DNA of 64,000 nucleotides from Eledone cirrhosa (GCA_964016885.1 OZ024740.1:57846001-57910000); one strand, 5' to 3'. Shown: positions 1-12,905, counted from the first letter of the stretch. Notes: a model not told the origin generated them from the letters alone. Numbers and translations: made by a program.

Positions 1-70
1 TTGTGCTACCAAGAACTTAGAAAAATTAATAGAAGAACTTGGGATCCATCAATGACTGAGATTCCAAGAA

Positions 71-108
<38 letters not shown>
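1..108 (+). mobile_element. Probable degenerate 3' remnant of an R4/Dong-type element ending in (TAA)n
   Basis: Translates as CATKNLEKLIEELGIHQ, loosely like the C-terminus of the RLE ORF at ~11950-12068, then a (TAA)n run at ~70-108. Short and cut by the window edge. Confidence 0.35.
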
Positions 109-109
<1 letters not shown>

Positions 110-110
110 T

Positions 111-186
111 GTTTCTACTTTAGGCACAAGGCCAGCAAATACCCAGTGCATTACTGGTACTTTATTTTATCGACCCTGTAACGATG
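111..186 (-). mobile_element. 3' part of a tRNA-derived SINE, cut off at the Tx1 LINE 3' end
   Basis: gtttctactttaggcacaagg...tactggtactttattttatcgaccctgtaacgatg aligns to the complete copy at ~29651-29830, which continues aaaggcaaagtc. Confidence 0.75.
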
Positions 187-420
187 CTTTCTTTATTAAC
201 CACAAGGGTTTCATAAAGTAGACGTTAAGGACAGTACAGGACAATACAGGACGGTACAAATGGGCATTTCTGTGTGTAAAAAAGCAGAGGATGTAATAAA
301 AATAACAATGAAAAATAGGGGGGAGACTTCCGAGGGACATTTGTGGAGAAAGCCCAGTAAAAGGCCACAGTGACCCTGACCACCAGGGCAAGTGCCCTCT
401 CCCAGTTTTCCACCTTTAAT

Positions 421-3400
421 TTACAGACACATACTCAGAGTCGGCCCATTCACTCGGGCCATACTTGCTTCTCTCACCCATCTTTCAACAAAATGCTGGG
501 AAGAGAGCATTTCCCTCTCTACCCTGATTTTCCTTTTCAAATGAAATTTGAAAAAGTTAATCAGGGCATCACCGAAGAGGTAAGTGCTCGTCTTCAGCCC
601 TTTCAAACGTGCCCACCATACTATCTCTTTCGCCATGGCCACCAGACAGATAAAAACTGCCTGGTCTTCCCGGCTAAAGGAAGAGGGCGGGGAAATCCTC
701 ACGATGGACTCAGATGATAGCCGGATCCGTCCTACACGTGACAGCAGGTGTTCAACATAAACCCACAAGTCAGCAATGCTCGGACACTGGACGAGTGTGT
801 GCAGGAAGGTTTTGTCGCCCTGCGCGCATCTCAGACATGCCCGGCTGACAGCACCTCCATGCCTGTAGAGTTTATCCCGAACTGGCAAAGCTCCCCGGTA
901 GCACTGCCAGGCCAGGGATTTCTGAAAGTTGTCCATAGGCCCCGGCCCGAAAGTCCTTCCGAAGAGATTGGCTAGTTGATTTTCGTCGACGCCTAGAGTT
1001 TCCCCAATTACGTCGTCGCTCTTCCCCTCCACTAATCCTCTATAGAACGCCAAGGTGGAGTTTCCACCGATCACATTGCCCGATTGGTCGAGGGCTGTGA
1101 GCGCCTGAAGACATTCCAGTCTCCAAGCGCTCCCTCTCGGTCTTCGCTTGACCCAGGACTGCAGCTCCGTCAAGGAGACAAGCTGGGGAAAGATGCGTCT
1201 AGCAAACGGCAACCACACCTGATCACCGTCGAAGAAGAGGTGGAGATGTCGTAGCCTGAGCGCGTGTCTGCGCATCATCAGCCACGGCATTCCCAGCCCT
1301 CCACGTAGCGGGTGTTGACAGCAGATGGACCGCCTGACCATCGGACTGCGTCCCTTCCACAAAGAGCGAAAGAGCAAACGCTCCAGCGCAGTCAGGCGGG
1401 GCTTAGGACGAGGTACGACGGTCAGGCGGTAGTAGATGATGGATGCAATGTACGTGTTAGCCACCGCTCGACCTTTCAGGGATAGCTTCCTCTCCGCCCA
1501 TTTCTGGGTGAGAGAAGCCACCCTGCTCGTCACCTCGTCCCAGTTTTTGTTCGTCTGGAGGTCTGGACCGAACCAGAGCCCTAGCAATTTAACTGGTCCG
1601 TCCGTCCAGCGCCCGACGACGCAGTTGGACGGCATGGACCTGCCTCTCCAGGTGCCGAGCTGCAGGCCCACTGACTTTTCCTGGTTGATCATTGCTCCTG
1701 TCAACGCTTCGTATTCTCTTAGTGTAGTGCCGATCGCCTCGATGTGTTTGGCATTCAACACCACTATGGTGACATCGTCTGCATATGCTGACATGGATCT
1801 TCCGCATCCTAGTTCGCGCGGGACCCCCCTCAATGTCTCCAGTTTGTGCAGTAATGGCTCGAGAGTCAATACGTACAAGAGGGACGACAGGGGACATCCT
1901 TGGCGGACCGAGCGCATGATGTTGAACGGTTCCGAAAGGTGACCGTTCACTCTCACCACAGAGCAGATGTCGCTGTGCATGGCAGCGATCCAGACTCTGA
2001 AGACGGGCCCAAAGCCAGCCACCCTCAGGACTGCCACTAGGTAACGATGGTCGACCCTATCGAAAGCTTTCGACTGATCTAAATTGATCAAGGACCCACC
2101 CGTCCCAGGTTCCCTAGCTACCCTCTCTACGATGTATCACATGAGGTGGAGGTTGTCGTGGATGGATCTCTCGGGAATGGCGCATGTCTGCGCCTCTTCC
2201 ACTAGACCACCGACAAACGCCAACCTCTTTGCTAGCACCTTGGTCAAAATCTTGAACTCTGTGGTTAGCAGAGTTATGGGCCTGAAATTATCTATGTTAT
2301 CCCCCTTGTTCGGATCCTTTCTCAGCAGCGCCACAGCTCCTCGGGTCACAGAGTTGGGAATTCTCCCGTTCTGTTACCAGTTGCAGTAGACCTCTGCCAA
2401 GAGGCCTCCAAACAAGTCTGGCATCTGTACGTAAAGTTCATAGAGCAGACCATCCAAACCAGGGGATTTACCCCATGCTGTTATCGGCTTTTTGCAACAC
2501 TCCGCCTCAGTGGCCGAGAGCCGCGGTAGTCCGTTGAGGTAGGCACAAAAGTCCGTCCCTTGATCTGGTTCGCCGCTGCCCCCGAACAGCTGAGCGAAAT
2601 GTCGCTAAAAAGCTTCACACATTTGCCCGGCATCGAGTAGCATGCGCCCGTCGTGGTCCACCAAAGACCGGATTGTGGCTTTGTTGCCACGATGCGCCTC
2701 CGCCACTCGGGCCCATTGAACGGCTTTCATCCCCTCGTGTCTGAGAGCACGCACCATAGCTCTGACAACGCAGCCTTCGTGCTTTGCATTGAAGAATTTG
2801 TCAAGGGCCAATTTCGCCGCCAGCACGTCGGTCGCAATGCCTTTGCTAAGCGCCTCGTCTAATTTTCTAACTAGTTCTCCCTCTGCTCTATTTTTCTCTA
2901 TTGCTAAAGCCTTACTAAACCTAATGGATTCTATTCTAATCGCTCTTTTCAGAGCAAACCACCACTTGTTGTTGACGATGGCCCCCGTCAACGTCCGCTT
3001 AACTAGTTCGCTAATCCGGTCTCTGTAGGCCTTGCACGCTGGTAAGGACGCGTTTAGCTTCCAGTAGCCGGGTCCTTGTCTATGATGCCTATCTAAGTCA
3101 AACACACAGATCACGAATTTGTGGTCCGTGTAGCTGACTATCTTGAATTGTGGATAGGCTATGCTATACCTATCTATTTCCCTACAAAATACTCTATCTA
3201 GATATGATCTGGATGACCATATGCGATTTGTCCAAGTCCACATTGGCACATTGGGGAAATCCAATCGGTACCTGTCAGACAGTTCAAAACGCCTGAGCAG
3301 ATTGGTGAGGCTCTTGCACCCTCCTCCCCTATCCGCTAGCCCCACACAATCCCAGCGTGCATCTAAGATCCCGTTCCAGTCGCCCACTAACACTAGAGTG

Positions 3401-3801
3401 CGGGACATTCCAAGAAAGGTCTCCAGACACCGGAAGAAATCAGGCCGTCCTGCTCCTTTTGGTCCATAGGCAGCCACTAGCCTGAAAGCTTGTCCTTCTC
3501 TGCTGGTCACGTCCAGTACTACCAACTTACCCTCTGGGTCCAAGAAGACTGGCCGTATCTGGAGATCCAGACTTCTCCGGAACAACATGCCCCCCCCCCC
3601 CCCCCATCCGGGACGGCTTGGAGATGTGTACACCTCGTAGCCGCCGAAAATGGGTGTGAATGCCCGTGTCTCGGATATTTTGGTTTCGCTGATGGCCACC
3701 ACATCTATGTTTAGCAAGCTGGGATCATTCAGCAGGTGGCCCTGCTTCCAAGACGACCCCAGGCCACGTACATTTATTCTACCTATTCTGAGAGAAGCCA
3801 T
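421..3801 (-). pseudogene. Tx1-type ORF2 (APE endonuclease + reverse transcriptase + zinc knuckle), frameshifted
   Basis: APE motifs INVRGL, ISETK, LVGDWN, SYLDRVF, YTDHK (ORF 2605..3846). RT motifs NFRPITLL (2137..2349), DQSKAFDRV, VRQGCPLS, YADD, and C-terminal CLRC..H..C (421..2091). Split over several frames. Confidence 0.92.
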
Positions 3802-3902
3802 GTTGGCTAAGATAGGAGGAAAACAAATGAGAGGGGAGAGGTACAAAAAATTACCTGTGGATCTTCTTTAGGAAGGGGGTGGGTGATCCATCCCTCCGAC
3901 CA

Positions 3903-6047
3903 TTAGTGGGTTTCTCTACGAGAATATCCGTGAATATTCTTTTGGTGATGTTCCCTCGGTAGTCTCCAATTGATGTTATGTAATTTTTTTGTGTAATTTC
4001 TATTATTTTTATGTGTGTGGGGGGTGCAATTTTGGTGGTTTGTACGTAGTTTGTTTCTGTGATGTTGGTGTGGTGTTGAATGTAATTTAAAAGCTTTGTG
4101 TTGTCTGTGTCTATGGCTGTGTATTGTGTCTGCTGTTTTGGTGTTGGTGCTTTCTGTGTTTGCTGTCGTGTTGTTGGGGTAGATGGTAAGGGTGGTGGTG
4201 GTGGTGGTGGTGTTCGTGGTGATGGTGTAGGTGGTTGTGGGGGTGGCTGTTGATGGTGGTGGAGGAGGTGGGGCAGTTTTCATTTTTTTTTTAGGGTTCT
4301 TTCTTCCTCTTTTTTTTTGGGGGGGGGGGGGGGTTTAGCGAATTCTTCCTTTTCTTTGTTGGAATAGTTCTCCACCCTTCGGCATCACGCACTCCTTGTC
4401 TAATTTTGCTATATCAGGAAAGGGGTATGCTTTCCATTGGTTCTGTGGTTGGTGGAAGAGATGGTGTTTTTTTGTGGTTGGGGATGGTGATTTCTCTTCT
4501 GCCACTGTGTTCTTTGTTTGTTTGTCTGCTCCAGTTGCGGGGCACGGGGTGGGGAGAAAGGGTGCGTGCGTGCCTGTTTTGGTAAGTTTGGGGCAGAATG
4601 CCTTAAGGTGCGTCTTGTCACCGTATCCATGACACCTTGGGCGCCTACCTTCGACAGTCACAGGTAGATGGCTGCCATCGTCCAGGTCTATTGCATCGGG
4701 GATGGCCTCAATGCTCTCATGGTTTGCTTGGATGATTAACTCCATCCCCGACCCTGTCCAATTTTCCTGTCTTATTTGCATGACATTGAGTATGGTTGTT
4801 GAATCCTCAACGTCAGTGAGGATGGCTGCCGTCAACCACGCCATCTCCACCGAGTGGGGTTTAGTAGCATGGTGTATAAATGTTATTGAGACACGAGTAA
4901 CATAATAATGATGTCAACAGCAGAAATTAGAGATGAAATGTATGTTTATTTTTGTTGTAGCACAAATAATGTTGGTTAGCTTGTATGGTTTAAGTAACAC
5001 ATAAAAATGAGGTTACAAAAGGGAATGTGCCATTGCGCCGGAAAGCTGGCAGGCTAAGGTGCAAAATCTCACCGTCACATGTACGTGTTGCTGGTTCGAA
5101 GTTCCTGGTGAGAGAGAGAGATTCTTCAAATCTTCGCGGGTAATTTCTCCCCCAGGACGCGTAGGGATACATCCTCTTCTACTGGCGCTGATTGGCTGAG
5201 CTGAGCCAAATCACGCACAGAGAATGTATGTGAGCCTGCGGAATATAGGTCACTACAGGGGAATTGGCCTACTCGAACCCTCACGACTCTCTGGCCGCAG
5301 TATGTAGGCATCAATGTGATTTCGTCACTAAGGAGTGGCGCAATGGAGAGTGCTCTGGCTTCCTCTGGTGTAGCGAAGAGCACATCCACAGTGCCATATC
5401 TTGATCCCCGGGCTATATATGTTTTCTGTGCCCAGACGGTGCCCATAGCTCTTTGGACCTGTGACCCCGTTGCCCGTTCAACTCGCCGGGATTTTGATCC
5501 GATCGTGCGATAACTGACCGAACACAAAAGTTTTTCTTATTATATCAGCTGGGCGGGTGAGATTTACCCTGTGTCCAGTTTTTTTAACCAAGACCTTTGC
5601 TTGTTTTATCTCTTTGTTAGTGATGTGTATTTGTTCAAAATTGTTGGTTGCTTTAGCGAAAGAAGTGTTTGTTTTGATTTGTGTTGACACGTCACTAGTT
5701 TTGTCTTTGTTGCCGTTGTCTGTGTTTTTGTTTGTTTCTTTTTCCTCTGTGTTGCTGCTGTTATAGTTGTTGTTCTTTGGGTTCTTTGTGGTTGTTGCTG
5801 TTGTTATTGTTGTTATTGGGGTGGTAGTGGTGTTTGATTTCTGTAACGCAGGAAATTTTTCGTTATAATTTTCACTATTGCTACTACAATTCCAGTGACT
5901 GCTGCTGCTGTTCTCATTACCACTGTCACTGTCGCTGCTGCTGCTTCTCTTGTTTTTTACTTTGCCTTGTGATTGGGTGGAAATGGCTGTTCCACCCTCC
6001 GAATTACTCGCTGTTCCTCCCTGTGGACAATTTTCTTTGTCCGCCAT
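3903..6047 (-). pseudogene. Tx1-type ORF1, fragmented and interrupted by a solo LTR
   Basis: Low-complexity S/T/N/K N-terminus (MADKEN...). Conserved-looking YIARGSRYGTVDVLF...MPTYCGQRVVRVRVGQFP. Degenerate CCHC knuckle VEGRRPRCHGYGDKTHLKAFCP. Lies upstream of ORF2. Confidence 0.7.
4860..5257 (-). mobile_element. Solo LTR (398 bp) inserted in Tx1 ORF1
   Basis: Minus-strand termini TGTAGT...ACTAAA (one mismatch from ACTACA). GGGG flanks at 4856-4859 and 5258-5261. AATAAA on minus ~4945-4950. ORF1-like peptide stops and resumes at the two edges. Confidence 0.72.
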
Positions 6048-6300
6048 GTTTTTGTAAAACAAAATTTTGGGGTTATGATTGTAAATAAAAGCAAATTTAG
6101 CCCTCAAGGGCGCGAGATACAGTTAAAAAATCAACCTCTTTTGAAAGAGGGGTTCTTTAACTACACACCGATGTAAAAAAATATTATTAGAACTTTCGAT
6201 AACTCATAAAAATTCAACTAACTTACTCCGCCGTAGTTACTGCCATCTTGTAATAAGTGTGGGTATGGTGTGGCGTGCGGTGGTTGCAGGTGCCTAGTGG

Positions 6301-6411
6301 TGCCTAGCAACAGGCCGAACGCCAGTTTGGGCAGTGTCTAGCAGCGGGGTGAACGCAAGTTTGGGCAGTACCTAGCGTAGTACCTAGCAACGGCGTAAAC
6401 GCCAGTTTGGG
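6301..6411 (+). repeat. Three imperfect ~34-bp direct repeats in the putative LTR
   Basis: ctagca....aacgccagtttggg occurs three times. Confidence 0.7.
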
Positions 6412-6762
6412 ATCTTCCGGTGCTAGGCAGTTGAAAGCAGGCAGGCGAGGAGTAAAGAGCAGGACGATAGCAGCGCTAGTGAAAAGAGCAAAACGATATG
6501 GGACTGTTGATACAACGATAGAACGGCCAACCGAGGAAGACGGACGTACACGAAATGGTCTTCAAACTACCATGCAGTGAAGATCGAGCGGCTCCTTTGA
6601 AGAGCGGTAAGTGAGATAGCTTTTTCCAACCACAAGCTATTTCGGCGACTGGAAACAGATCTGACGGAACAAAGAAAAAAGAAGAAAAAGCTACTGGGAA
6701 AACAGAGAGGAGTCTGTTGTTGTTTTTTTTTTTGTGTCACTTACCGCTAGACAAATCAGAGG

Positions 6763-7524
6763 ATGGCGACAAGGCTACGGACGAGCGAGGCCATCAGGGC
6801 ATTTACCGGGGAGGGTAATGTAGTCGCTTGGCTGCGGAAAGTTCGGCTAGTCGCAAGTTTGCAGAAGATAGAGGATGTGGCTGGCCTAATGGCACTCTAC
6901 CTCGAGGGAGACGCGCTGGTACTCTTCCTTGAGTTGGACGAGCACAGCCAAAGAGATGCGCAGAAGATTGAGCGGCGTCTGATAGATGCATTCGCCGAGG
7001 GACCGTTGGCAGCTTTTGCTAAGCTGGCGAGAATTAGGTGGAATGGTGAACGCGTCGACATTTTCGCAGCGGAAATAAAGCGGTTGGCCATGTTGGCTGG
7101 TTATCAGGCGGAATGCGAACGCACGGTGCGGTTGGCGTTCATTAATGGATTTCCAGACGACATAGCGGTGAGGCTGCAGCAAGTCCCAGGTTATAAAGAG
7201 ATGGAAATGCGTTCACTGGTGGAACAAGCCCGGATCATAGCAGAAGATGCCAAAAAGAGTGTTGCGGCGATAGCAACTTCGGAGGCTCAGGACACCTGGC
7301 AGCGAAACGGTGAAAGGGAGGCAACCTCAGCACGCGGTCGCGCGCGTACATTTAGAGGGCGCTGTTTTTGTTGCCAGGGCCCGCACATGGCTAGAGACTG
7401 TAGAGAGTTGAGGCCGGATATAATTTGCTACCGGTGTAAGTGACCAGGCCACATCGCTACTAACTGCGACCAGGGAAACGATCCAAGAGGAAATACTGCG
7501 CCGGTAGTTGCCCCTTACGAGTAG
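6763..7524 (+). pseudogene. Gag with two CCHC knuckles, premature TGA at 7441
   Basis: CFCCQGPHMARDC and CYRCK*PGHIATNC. The same frame ends at TAG 7522-7524. Confidence 0.85.
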
Positions 7525-7530
7525 CGGCGC
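7473..7530 (+). promoter_or_regulatory. Predicted -1 ribosomal frameshift site (G GGA AAC) with a candidate downstream pseudoknot
   Basis: The heptamer 7473-7479 is in X XXY YYZ phase in the gag frame. The -1 frame is open from 7479 into the protease ORF. gcgcc (7498-7502) can pair with ggcgc (7526-7530). Confidence 0.7.
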
Positions 7531-7886
7531 TGCCCGTGGTGGAAGTCTTCGTGAGGGGGAAGCCACAGCGAGCCCTCGTGGACACGGGCTGTACGACGAC
7601 ACTGGTGACCGTGGGGGTGGCGCAGAGGTGGGGAGGGAAGAGCAGTGTAAGGGCAGTCGACGGCAGGAAAATCGAATGTCGAGGTCGCAGCGAGGTGGAA
7701 ATAGCGGTACGGGGAAGGAGGATAAAGCTTTCGGCCATCGTGGTAGACAGTGTGGTGGATGGGATCGGTGTGGTTATGGGCATGGATGCGATTGGTCGTT
7801 TAGGAGGCGTCACGGTGGACAACCTCGGTGTGTCGTTTGGCGCCGCTGCATCGGCATGCGCAGTGAGTGCACGTCATGAGAACTAG
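7479..7886 (+). pseudogene. Retroviral-type aspartic protease domain
   Basis: ALVDTGCTTTLV catalytic motif and VVMGMDAI. Confidence 0.88.
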
Positions 7887-9113
7887 AAGGCCCACGAGGA
7901 GGAATACCCCACTTACACTGTGCAGGACAAAGGCCGTGTTTGATGGGCAGCAATGGGTTGTTGAGTGGTACTGGAAGGGAGAACCACTAACACTGAAGAC
8001 CAAAGTGGGCTGCTATCAACATACATTGAAGGGAAACGTTAGGAGCAAGTTCGAGCGAGAAGTAGAGAGATGGATCGAAGACGGCATACTGCTTCCCTGG
8101 AAGGAAGAGGTGAAGTGCGGAGTTTTGCCGTTAATGACGGTGGTGCAACCCACGAAGAGCAAGGTGAGGCCGGTGCTGGACTATCGGGAGCTGAACGAAC
8201 ACGTGTCATGCCACACGGGTGGCGAGGTCACGGATATCTGCGGGGAAACCCTGCGTGAGTGGAGACGCATGACGGGGGGTTCAGCGATCGTAGACCTAAA
8301 GTCGGCTTACTTGCAGTTGCATATAGCTGAGAAGCTCTGGCGGTATCAGCTGGTCAGGTATAAGGGCCGGACATATTGCCTGACCAGGCTCGGTTTCGGG
8401 CTGAGCTCCGCACCGAAGATCATGGCGGCGGTCCTCAAGACCGTTCTGGGGAAGGCTGACAAGGTAAAGAGGGCTACTAACTCCTACATTGACGACATCT
8501 TAGTGGACGAGTCGGTGGTGTCGGCGGCGGAGGTCACGAGCCATTTACAGGGGTACGGACTGACTGCGAAGCCGTCAGAAGCATTGGAGGGAGGAGCCGC
8601 GCTGGGACTTAGGCTGCGGCGAGACAGGACGGGCGTTTTGGTATTCCAGAGGGGAAACGAAGTTCCGGAACTGGGCCCAAGTATGAGTAGGCGGGAGCTT
8701 TTCTCGGTGTGCGGAAAGCTGGTGGGTCACTACCCGATTGCTGGGTGGCTCCGGACGGCATGCAGCTATGTCAAGAGACGAGCGGGAGGAGTGACTTGGA
8801 GTGACAGAGTGGGAGAGAGGACGGTGGCCATGATGCAGGAGATCGTGGGAAGGGTGAAGGCCGACGACCCAGTGCGGGGACGCTGGTATGTTCCCAAATC
8901 ACAGAGCGGGACCGTGTGGTGCGATGCCAGCAGCATAGCGCTAGGTGTCACGTTGGAGATAGGAGGTGTTGAGGTCGAGGATGCAGCCTGGCTTAGAAAG
9001 AAGGACGACTGCAATCACATCAATGTGGCCGAACTGGACGCGGTGTTGAGAGGGGTGAACCTCGCCCTGCGGTGGGGGCTGCACACCATCGAGATACGCA
9101 CCGACTCAGCTAC
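7867..9113 (+). pseudogene. LTR-element reverse transcriptase + RNase H (truncated)
   Basis: RT motifs RPVLDYRELN, DLKSAYLQ, LGFGLSSAP, YIDD. RNase H motifs WCDAS, HINVAELDAV, TDS. Out of frame with the protease. Confidence 0.9.
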
Positions 9114-12100
9114 ATGGGGCAACGAGACACCCTCCCTAAGATCCAGAACTCCAAACAGAACCAAAAGATAATACACAAGACTAACATAATTCTCAAAAAC
9201 ATTATCATCACAAACAAACTAAACATTACTGATCTAAATCATCTCTATTATGCATCGGCTAAAGTAACCACTCACTTATGTAGAGTGAAAATGAAGAAAC
9301 AAAAGAATTCCCACAAGAAATCTACTTGGCAAGAGAACATCAATCGCCAAATAAACCTTCTCCGATCTGACATAGAAATTTTAACAAACTATAAAGTAGG
9401 TGAACATGTTAAACAAACTAAACTTAGAAAATTGAAAAGAAAATACAGTATAAAATCAACAAGTGACATAGACATGCTGATAGAAATAATCAAGCAAAAA
9501 GTGTCGGCCAAAGCTGCTCATTTAAGGCGCTTTGAAAAACGATCTAGATTCTATAAGGACAATAATATGTTCAAAAACAACCAAAGAAACTTCTACAGAA
9601 AATTGGCAAGCCAACAATAACTTCTAAATCAATACCACCCAAGGGGGAAGTGCAAGAATTTTGGGAAAAGATCTGGGCCGAAGAAAAAGTTCATAATATA
9701 CATGCCCCATGGATAGACAGACAAATGAAAGATACAGCTCACCTTGAGGAACAAACATGGGAAAATATAACAGTTGAACAGTTACGTTTGACTCTTAGAA
9801 AAACCAGCAAATGGAAATCCCCAGGAAAAGACAAAATACCAAATTTTTGGATAAATGCCTTCACAGAGTCTCATGAGCTGTTAGCTCAACTTTACAATGA
9901 AATAGTTAAGGAATCAGAAAAGATACCATCATGGCTAGTTAATGGCATTACATTCCTACTTCCGAAGAATGATGAGACAAACAATCCCCAAAATTACAGA
10001 CCGATAACTTGCTTGAACACAATGTATAAAATTTTAACATCAGTCCTAACTGAATATACATATGACCACCTGATAACAAATGACCTATTTCCCATTGAGC
10101 AGAAAGGGTGTAAACGAGGCTCATATGGCTGTAAAGATCAGCTTTTGGTTAACAAAATGATACTGGAAGATTGTCATAATAGACACAAAAATCTATCAAT
10201 TGCTTAGATAGATTATAAAAAAAGCATTCGATAGTTTAACACACAATTGGATTGAAAAATGTTTAGAGATTTTCAAAATATCTCCCATTGTCAGGAGGTT
10301 TTTGTCATTCAGTATGAAGACATGGAAAACGACACTCCCTTTGAATAGTGAAAAAAAATCACTGGAAGCTGGAGAAGTTAATATTAATTGTGGAATTTTT
10401 CAGGGTGACTCTTTATCATCGCTTTTATTCTGCATCGCACTTATACCATTAAGTAAAATGCTCAATGAAACAAAACATTGATATAAAGTCTATGACAAAA
10501 CCATTAATCACTTGTTCTACATGGATGACCTGAAACTATTTGCAAAAAATGATGAACAATTGCAAGGGCTATTATCCACTGTGAAGCAGTTCAGTGATGA
10601 CATTAAAATGGAGTTTGGACTAGATAAATGCACCAAAGCAACGTTCACCAGAGGAAAGCTGCTGAAAAGTTCAGACATTAATTTTGATCGGGGGAATGTG
10701 ATAAGAGAACTTGAGCAAGAGGAAACTTCCAAATATCTAGGTGTTTGTGAAGGAGATGGAATCAAGCACTCGACAATGAGGGAAAGGATAAGGAAGGAAT
10801 GTTACCGCAGAGTAAGAGCAATCTTAAGAACGGAATTGAATGCAAGGAATAGGATCGATGCCATAAACACGCTTGCTATACGAGTAGTTACCTACAGTTA
10901 CAATGTCATCAACTGGTCAAGCACAGAGATCCGTAGGGTTGATACAAAATTTAGAAAATTCTTAACCATGCACAGAATGCATCACCCTAAGGCAGATACA
11001 GATAGAATATATCTCCCTAGGAAAGAAGGAGGACGTGGGTTAATCCAGTTAGATATTGCATTGAAAACTGCAACAATTGGATTATATACATATCTAAGGG
11101 AATCACATAATTGGATGATCAAACTCGTTTTGAAACACGAAAGCATCAAAAGATCATACTCCATTACAAAAGATGCACAATGATACAGTAATGGACTATA
11201 AATTTCAGAAGTTCCATTTACTGCTGAAATGAAAAACACAGAAAAAGCAAAGCAGGTAAAAGTAACTGCAAAGAAAGAACTGCTACAGAAACTGGCTAAG
11301 AAATGGCAAGAAAAGCCTCTGTTTGGAAAATACCCAGAAAGATCTAACAATCCTGATGTTGACAAAACTTTAACCCATCAGTGGTTGGCATCCTCTGGAC
11401 TGAAATCGGAGACTGAAGGACTGATTATATCAGCACAAGATCAGTGTCTGCCAACAAAAAATTACCAAGCCAACATAATAAAAAATGGATGCAACCCATT
11501 ATGCCGTGTATGTAAAAAACAACCAGAGACCATTGATCATATAATTTCAATGTGCAGTCCTATAGCTCCAACCGAATACCTAAACAGGCATGACAGAGTT
11601 GCACAATACATACATTGGATAATGTGTAAGCATTTTGACCTACCCCATCAAAAGAATTGGTGGGAGCATCAACCACCTCCCATACTTGAAAAAGATCACA
11701 TCTCAATCTTGTGGAACTTTAGCATCCAAACAGACCGAAAAATAGATGCAAATAGACCTGATATAATACTGAAGGACTTTAAAAAGATGGTATGCCTACT
11801 AATTGATATGTCCGTTCCAATAGACAAGAATGTATCTATAAAAACATTTGAAAAATTGAGCAAGTATAAGGACCTGGAGATAGAAATTGGAAAAATGTGG
11901 AAATTGAGAACTAAAACAATACCAGTGGTTGTAGGCGCTCTGGGAATGATACCTAAGGGGTCTAATGATTACTTATCGCAAATTCCAGGAAACCCGCGTA
12001 TAGGAGAAATACAAAAGATAGTACTAATGGGAACTGCCCATATACTAAGGAAGATTCTGTCAATATAATTACATCACAAGTCTAAACACATAAAGATGCA

Positions 12101-12206
12101 TGTGTGTGTATGTATGTTCTTTCTTGAACATGGCGGACCTTGGTGATAACTCGTATGAACATAAAGCAAGATAAATGCAACTGTAATAATAATAATAATA
12201 ATAATC
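9114..12206 (+). mobile_element. 5'-truncated R4/Dong-type non-LTR retrotransposon (RT + restriction-like endonuclease), decayed
   Basis: KSPGKD, NYRPITCL, EQKG, GIFQGDSLS (~10393), YMDDLK, CRVC..ETIDHIISMC, RHD, NRPDII..LIDMSVP..KY. Stop at 12068, short 3' UTR, (TAA)n tail ~12184-12206. Several internal stops and frameshifts. Confidence 0.92.
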
Positions 12207-12412
12207 TTTAACATTGGTATAAGGCCAGACATTTCAGAAGAGAGAACTTATACCAACCCAACCTAGAACTTTAGTGGAATTTTATTTTATTGACACAGAA
12301 GTATGAAAAATGAAGTTGACCTCGGCATGATTTGAACTCAGAATGTGAAGAGCCAAAACAAATATTGTAAAGCATTTTTCTGATATGCCATTGACTTTGC
12401 CAATCCACCACA
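12207..12412 (-). mobile_element. tRNA-derived SINE copy
   Basis: Shares ttttattttattgac...gttgacctcggcatgatttgaactcaga (B-box-like gagttcaaat on minus) with copies at 13.7, 20.1 and 29.7 kb. Confidence 0.7.
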
Positions 12413-12512
12413 CTTACCATATTTTCAATAATAAAAAACAAAGCATTGAAAAATATCTTGAATTTCTCTAATAAGACAAAGGATTTGTAATAATGGAACA
12501 ATAGTCAATCTT

Positions 12513-12595
12513 TATATATATATATATATATAGACGTTAAACGAAGATGGTGATGATGATGATATATATGTGTGTGTATATATACATATATGTGT

Positions 12596-12627
<32 letters not shown>

Positions 12628-12853
12628 ATTGATTACTCTATACTTTATTTGTAATGTAAACTGACAAATATGGTATAATAAAAACTCTGTACAGTTGAGC
12701 AATTTTAACAGCAAAAGAAGCTAGTTGATTATGGAACATCACATTCTCCCATATTCAATGAAGAATATCCTGATGTCCTCTAATAGGACTGAATAATAGC
12801 TATGATGGAACAATAGCCAATCTTGACAAGATAAAATAATTTTACACACACAC

Positions 12854-12905
<52 letters not shown>

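Larger units (their letters stand above)
187..6248 (-). mobile_element. Near full-length Tx1/L1-clade non-LTR retrotransposon (decayed)
   Basis: ORF1 remnants plus ORF2 with APE endonuclease, RT and C-terminal zinc knuckle. AATAAA just inside the 3' end (+ strand tttatt ~192-197). The 5' limit is approximate and abuts the Gypsy LTR. Confidence 0.88.
6249..9113 (+). mobile_element. Ty3/Gypsy-type LTR retrotransposon, 3'-truncated (no integrase or 3' LTR)
   Basis: Begins TGTAAT with a putative LTR (end uncertain, possibly ...GATACA at 6514), then gag, protease, RT and RNase H in order. Ends abruptly after TDSAT. Confidence 0.85.

Noticed and set aside
6555-6575. Primer-binding site tggtcttcaaac
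   Set aside because: Only a weak match to a tRNA 3' end, and the LTR boundary is uncertain.
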